Shown one piece after another: positions 62,122 to 64,000 of a DNA stretch of 64,000 bases. A program made the position numbers and the translations under genes. This DNA is from Owenia fusiformis. Its lineage: Eukaryota. Within the stretch, counting starts at the first letter, position 1. Each line of letters opens with the position of its first letter. Under the pieces are notes generated by a model. It saw nothing but the letters and a program-made list of their open reading frames with translations, did not search any database and was not told the DNA's origin. The stretch lies in contig CAIIXF020000001.1 in assembly GCA_903813345.2 (NCBI GenBank), positions 48,670,001 through 48,734,000 of the forward strand, in the 5' to 3' direction.

Positions 62122-63111
62122 CAGTGTGTCTCAAAAAAAATGTTACACTAACAAAAAGTTCAATATCTTTCATAATTTTGACTTTTCCCCAAAAATATAC
62201 CTTGGATACCAAAAGACAAATGTTTCTCAAATAATTTGAGACCATCAGATTCAAAATATGTCCTTGATTGGCTCCACAGGACAGCTTTTAGTGTCCCATG
62301 GTAAAATCTCACTTGCGCCAACTTCTAAGTGATTGGATGGACCAAATGACAATAGAGGAACAGTTTTTTTAAAAATATTTTACTTTCTTCTGAGTAGAAG
62401 CTTTGCTTTTAACTGAGTCATTCTGTAATTTTCCTATTTGTCTCTCATATGATCATTGGGTCTATTCATATAAACATGTGGTCCCCTCAACATGTGCTCC
62501 AAAGTAAATCTGAGATACCCTTGCCCATGCGCACATGCATTGTAATATCACATTGATTCCATCAATTACTTTTGCAGAAGTTCATTTAGATCAGTTTGTG
62601 ATGCTGTAAAGCGCTTTCAGAGGCCCTTCAAAAAGTCAAGGGTGTAAAGTGGGATGACCCTGGGGACCAATTGCAATCCATTTTGTAATTCAATGCTATC
62701 TTCTGATTTCCAAAGAGTTCTACCAAACAATCTGCCACAGGCGCAAATTGCACCATCCTGTTGCCATCATACGTAACAAAATTGAAAACTCTGACAATGA
62801 AATCTTGTATTTCTATCCAGGAAAGAAACAACTGGATCATTGATCATATCAAGATATCACTGTCCACAGCATTCAGACCAAAAAAGAATTGATCACCACA
62901 ACCAACCACCGAGACGTTGGCGCAAATCTGATTTCACATGCGTCTATAAAATCTGTTCTATGCAGCCAATCATGGACGGATTTTGAATCTGATGGTGTGG
63001 ATTTATTTGAGAAAGACTGGTCTTTTGGTATCTAAGTATATTTTGGGGAAAAGTCAAAATTATGAAAGATATTGAACTTTTTGTAAATGTAACATTTTTT
63101 GAGACACACTG
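62122..63111 (-). mobile_element. Tc1/mariner deletion derivative
   Basis: TA|CAGTGTGTCTCAAAAAA...TTTTTTGAGACACACTG|TA with ~200-bp TIRs. Minus-strand remnant with a QQDGA-like motif and WSPGSSHFTPL (degenerate WPPRSPDLTPLD). Confidence 0.85.
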
Positions 63112-63462
63112 TAGAAACACATCATGAAGAAGTATTTTTACTTATGGCCACTGAAACATTATATACAAATATTGAATTCTGTGAAGTTGAATATCTGTAT
63201 TTATTCCATAATACTACTGTTTTCCCAGGGAAATATGAAGGAATAAAAATCGTATTGAATCGTATTACATGAAAAAATCGTATTGTCCCCGGGAAAAATC
63301 GTATTGGAGCGTATAACATGGAAAATCGTATTGTCCCCGGGACAAAAAATCGTATTGGAACGTATTAACCTATTTTTGGTTTTCCCGGTTATTTTTAACC
63401 TTGACTAATTGATAAAAGCATTATCCAAATGTAACATTTAAGGAGGAATGTTTTATGGAATA

Positions 63463-63592
63463 AATAGGTTATTTCTGGTCGGGATTGAATATGGGTTTTA
63501 TTCCTCGGAAAATATGATATTGACCTTGGGAAATATCATATTGTCCCTCGGAATAAAACCCATATTCAATCCCTCCCAGTAAATAACCTATA
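63463..63592. repeat. Palindromic MITE
   Basis: ataggttattt..gggattgaatatgggttttattcc / ggaataaaacccatattcaatccc..aaataacctat. Confidence 0.7.
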
Positions 63593-63650
63593 TATATTTC
63601 TGAGGGTGTATTCACAGCAGCGAGGGCGAGGTGAATACATCCCTAAGAAA

Positions 63651-64000
63651 TATCACGAAATTCGGTAGGGATATAGTGAAGCCCTCCGTCCGTCCGGAAG
63701 ATAACTGGAATACTAGTGAACGGATTTTCTTCATATTTGGTGGAAAGATGTATATTGGTCAATAGTTGTACGCAACAAAAACATTTCCAGGATGGCCGCC
63801 GCTTTAAAAATGGCGGGAATTTTTCATTTTAAGCCAAAGTAATAAATATTGTTGTTTGAGGTAGTATATTCACAACATCTATCTTTTTCATATACATTCC
63901 AGTATTTTCACCATGACCCCCAGTGGCCCTGTATGGTTGGTCGGGAAAATGGGAATTTGCGCTAATTTTAAGATATTTCCAGTAAAGTATAGCTTAATTA
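63651..64000 (+). mobile_element. HINE-like element, uninterrupted 5' portion, runs off the window
   Basis: tagggatatagtgaagccctccgtccgtccggaagataactgg... is collinear with 22130-22176 joined to 44290-45500. Confidence 0.75.

Overview
AT-rich animal genomic DNA with spliceosomal introns, probably from a lophotrochozoan such as a mollusc (inferred from the repeat landscape, not proven). Three protein-coding genes are supported. (1) The last five coding exons of HBS1L (+, 79-3661). (2) An intronless single-cysteine-cluster Toll-like receptor (-, 5225-7699). (3) A two-exon KLF1/2/4-type zinc-finger gene (+, 51692-53988) with a MEF2/CArG/CCAAT/E-box promoter. Most of the remaining sequence is nested non-autonomous DNA transposons that can be ordered by target-site duplications (TSDs). 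These include two copies of a long-TIR Academ-like element, several Helentron-associated HINE-like elements, and Tc1/mariner, hAT-like, Kolobok-like, CACTA-like and Transib-like MITEs. LINE remnants and a 41-bp satellite with higher-order structure are also present. The most unusual observation is a candidate ~22-kb insertion (22177-44272) that splits one HINE in two. It lacks true TIRs, has a near-perfect 6-bp TSD, and carries a putative spliced transcription unit ending in the 41-bp repeat array. A 12.5-kb Russian-doll TE stack sits 112 bp upstream of the TLR start codon. All assignments come from reading the sequence; no database searches were run.
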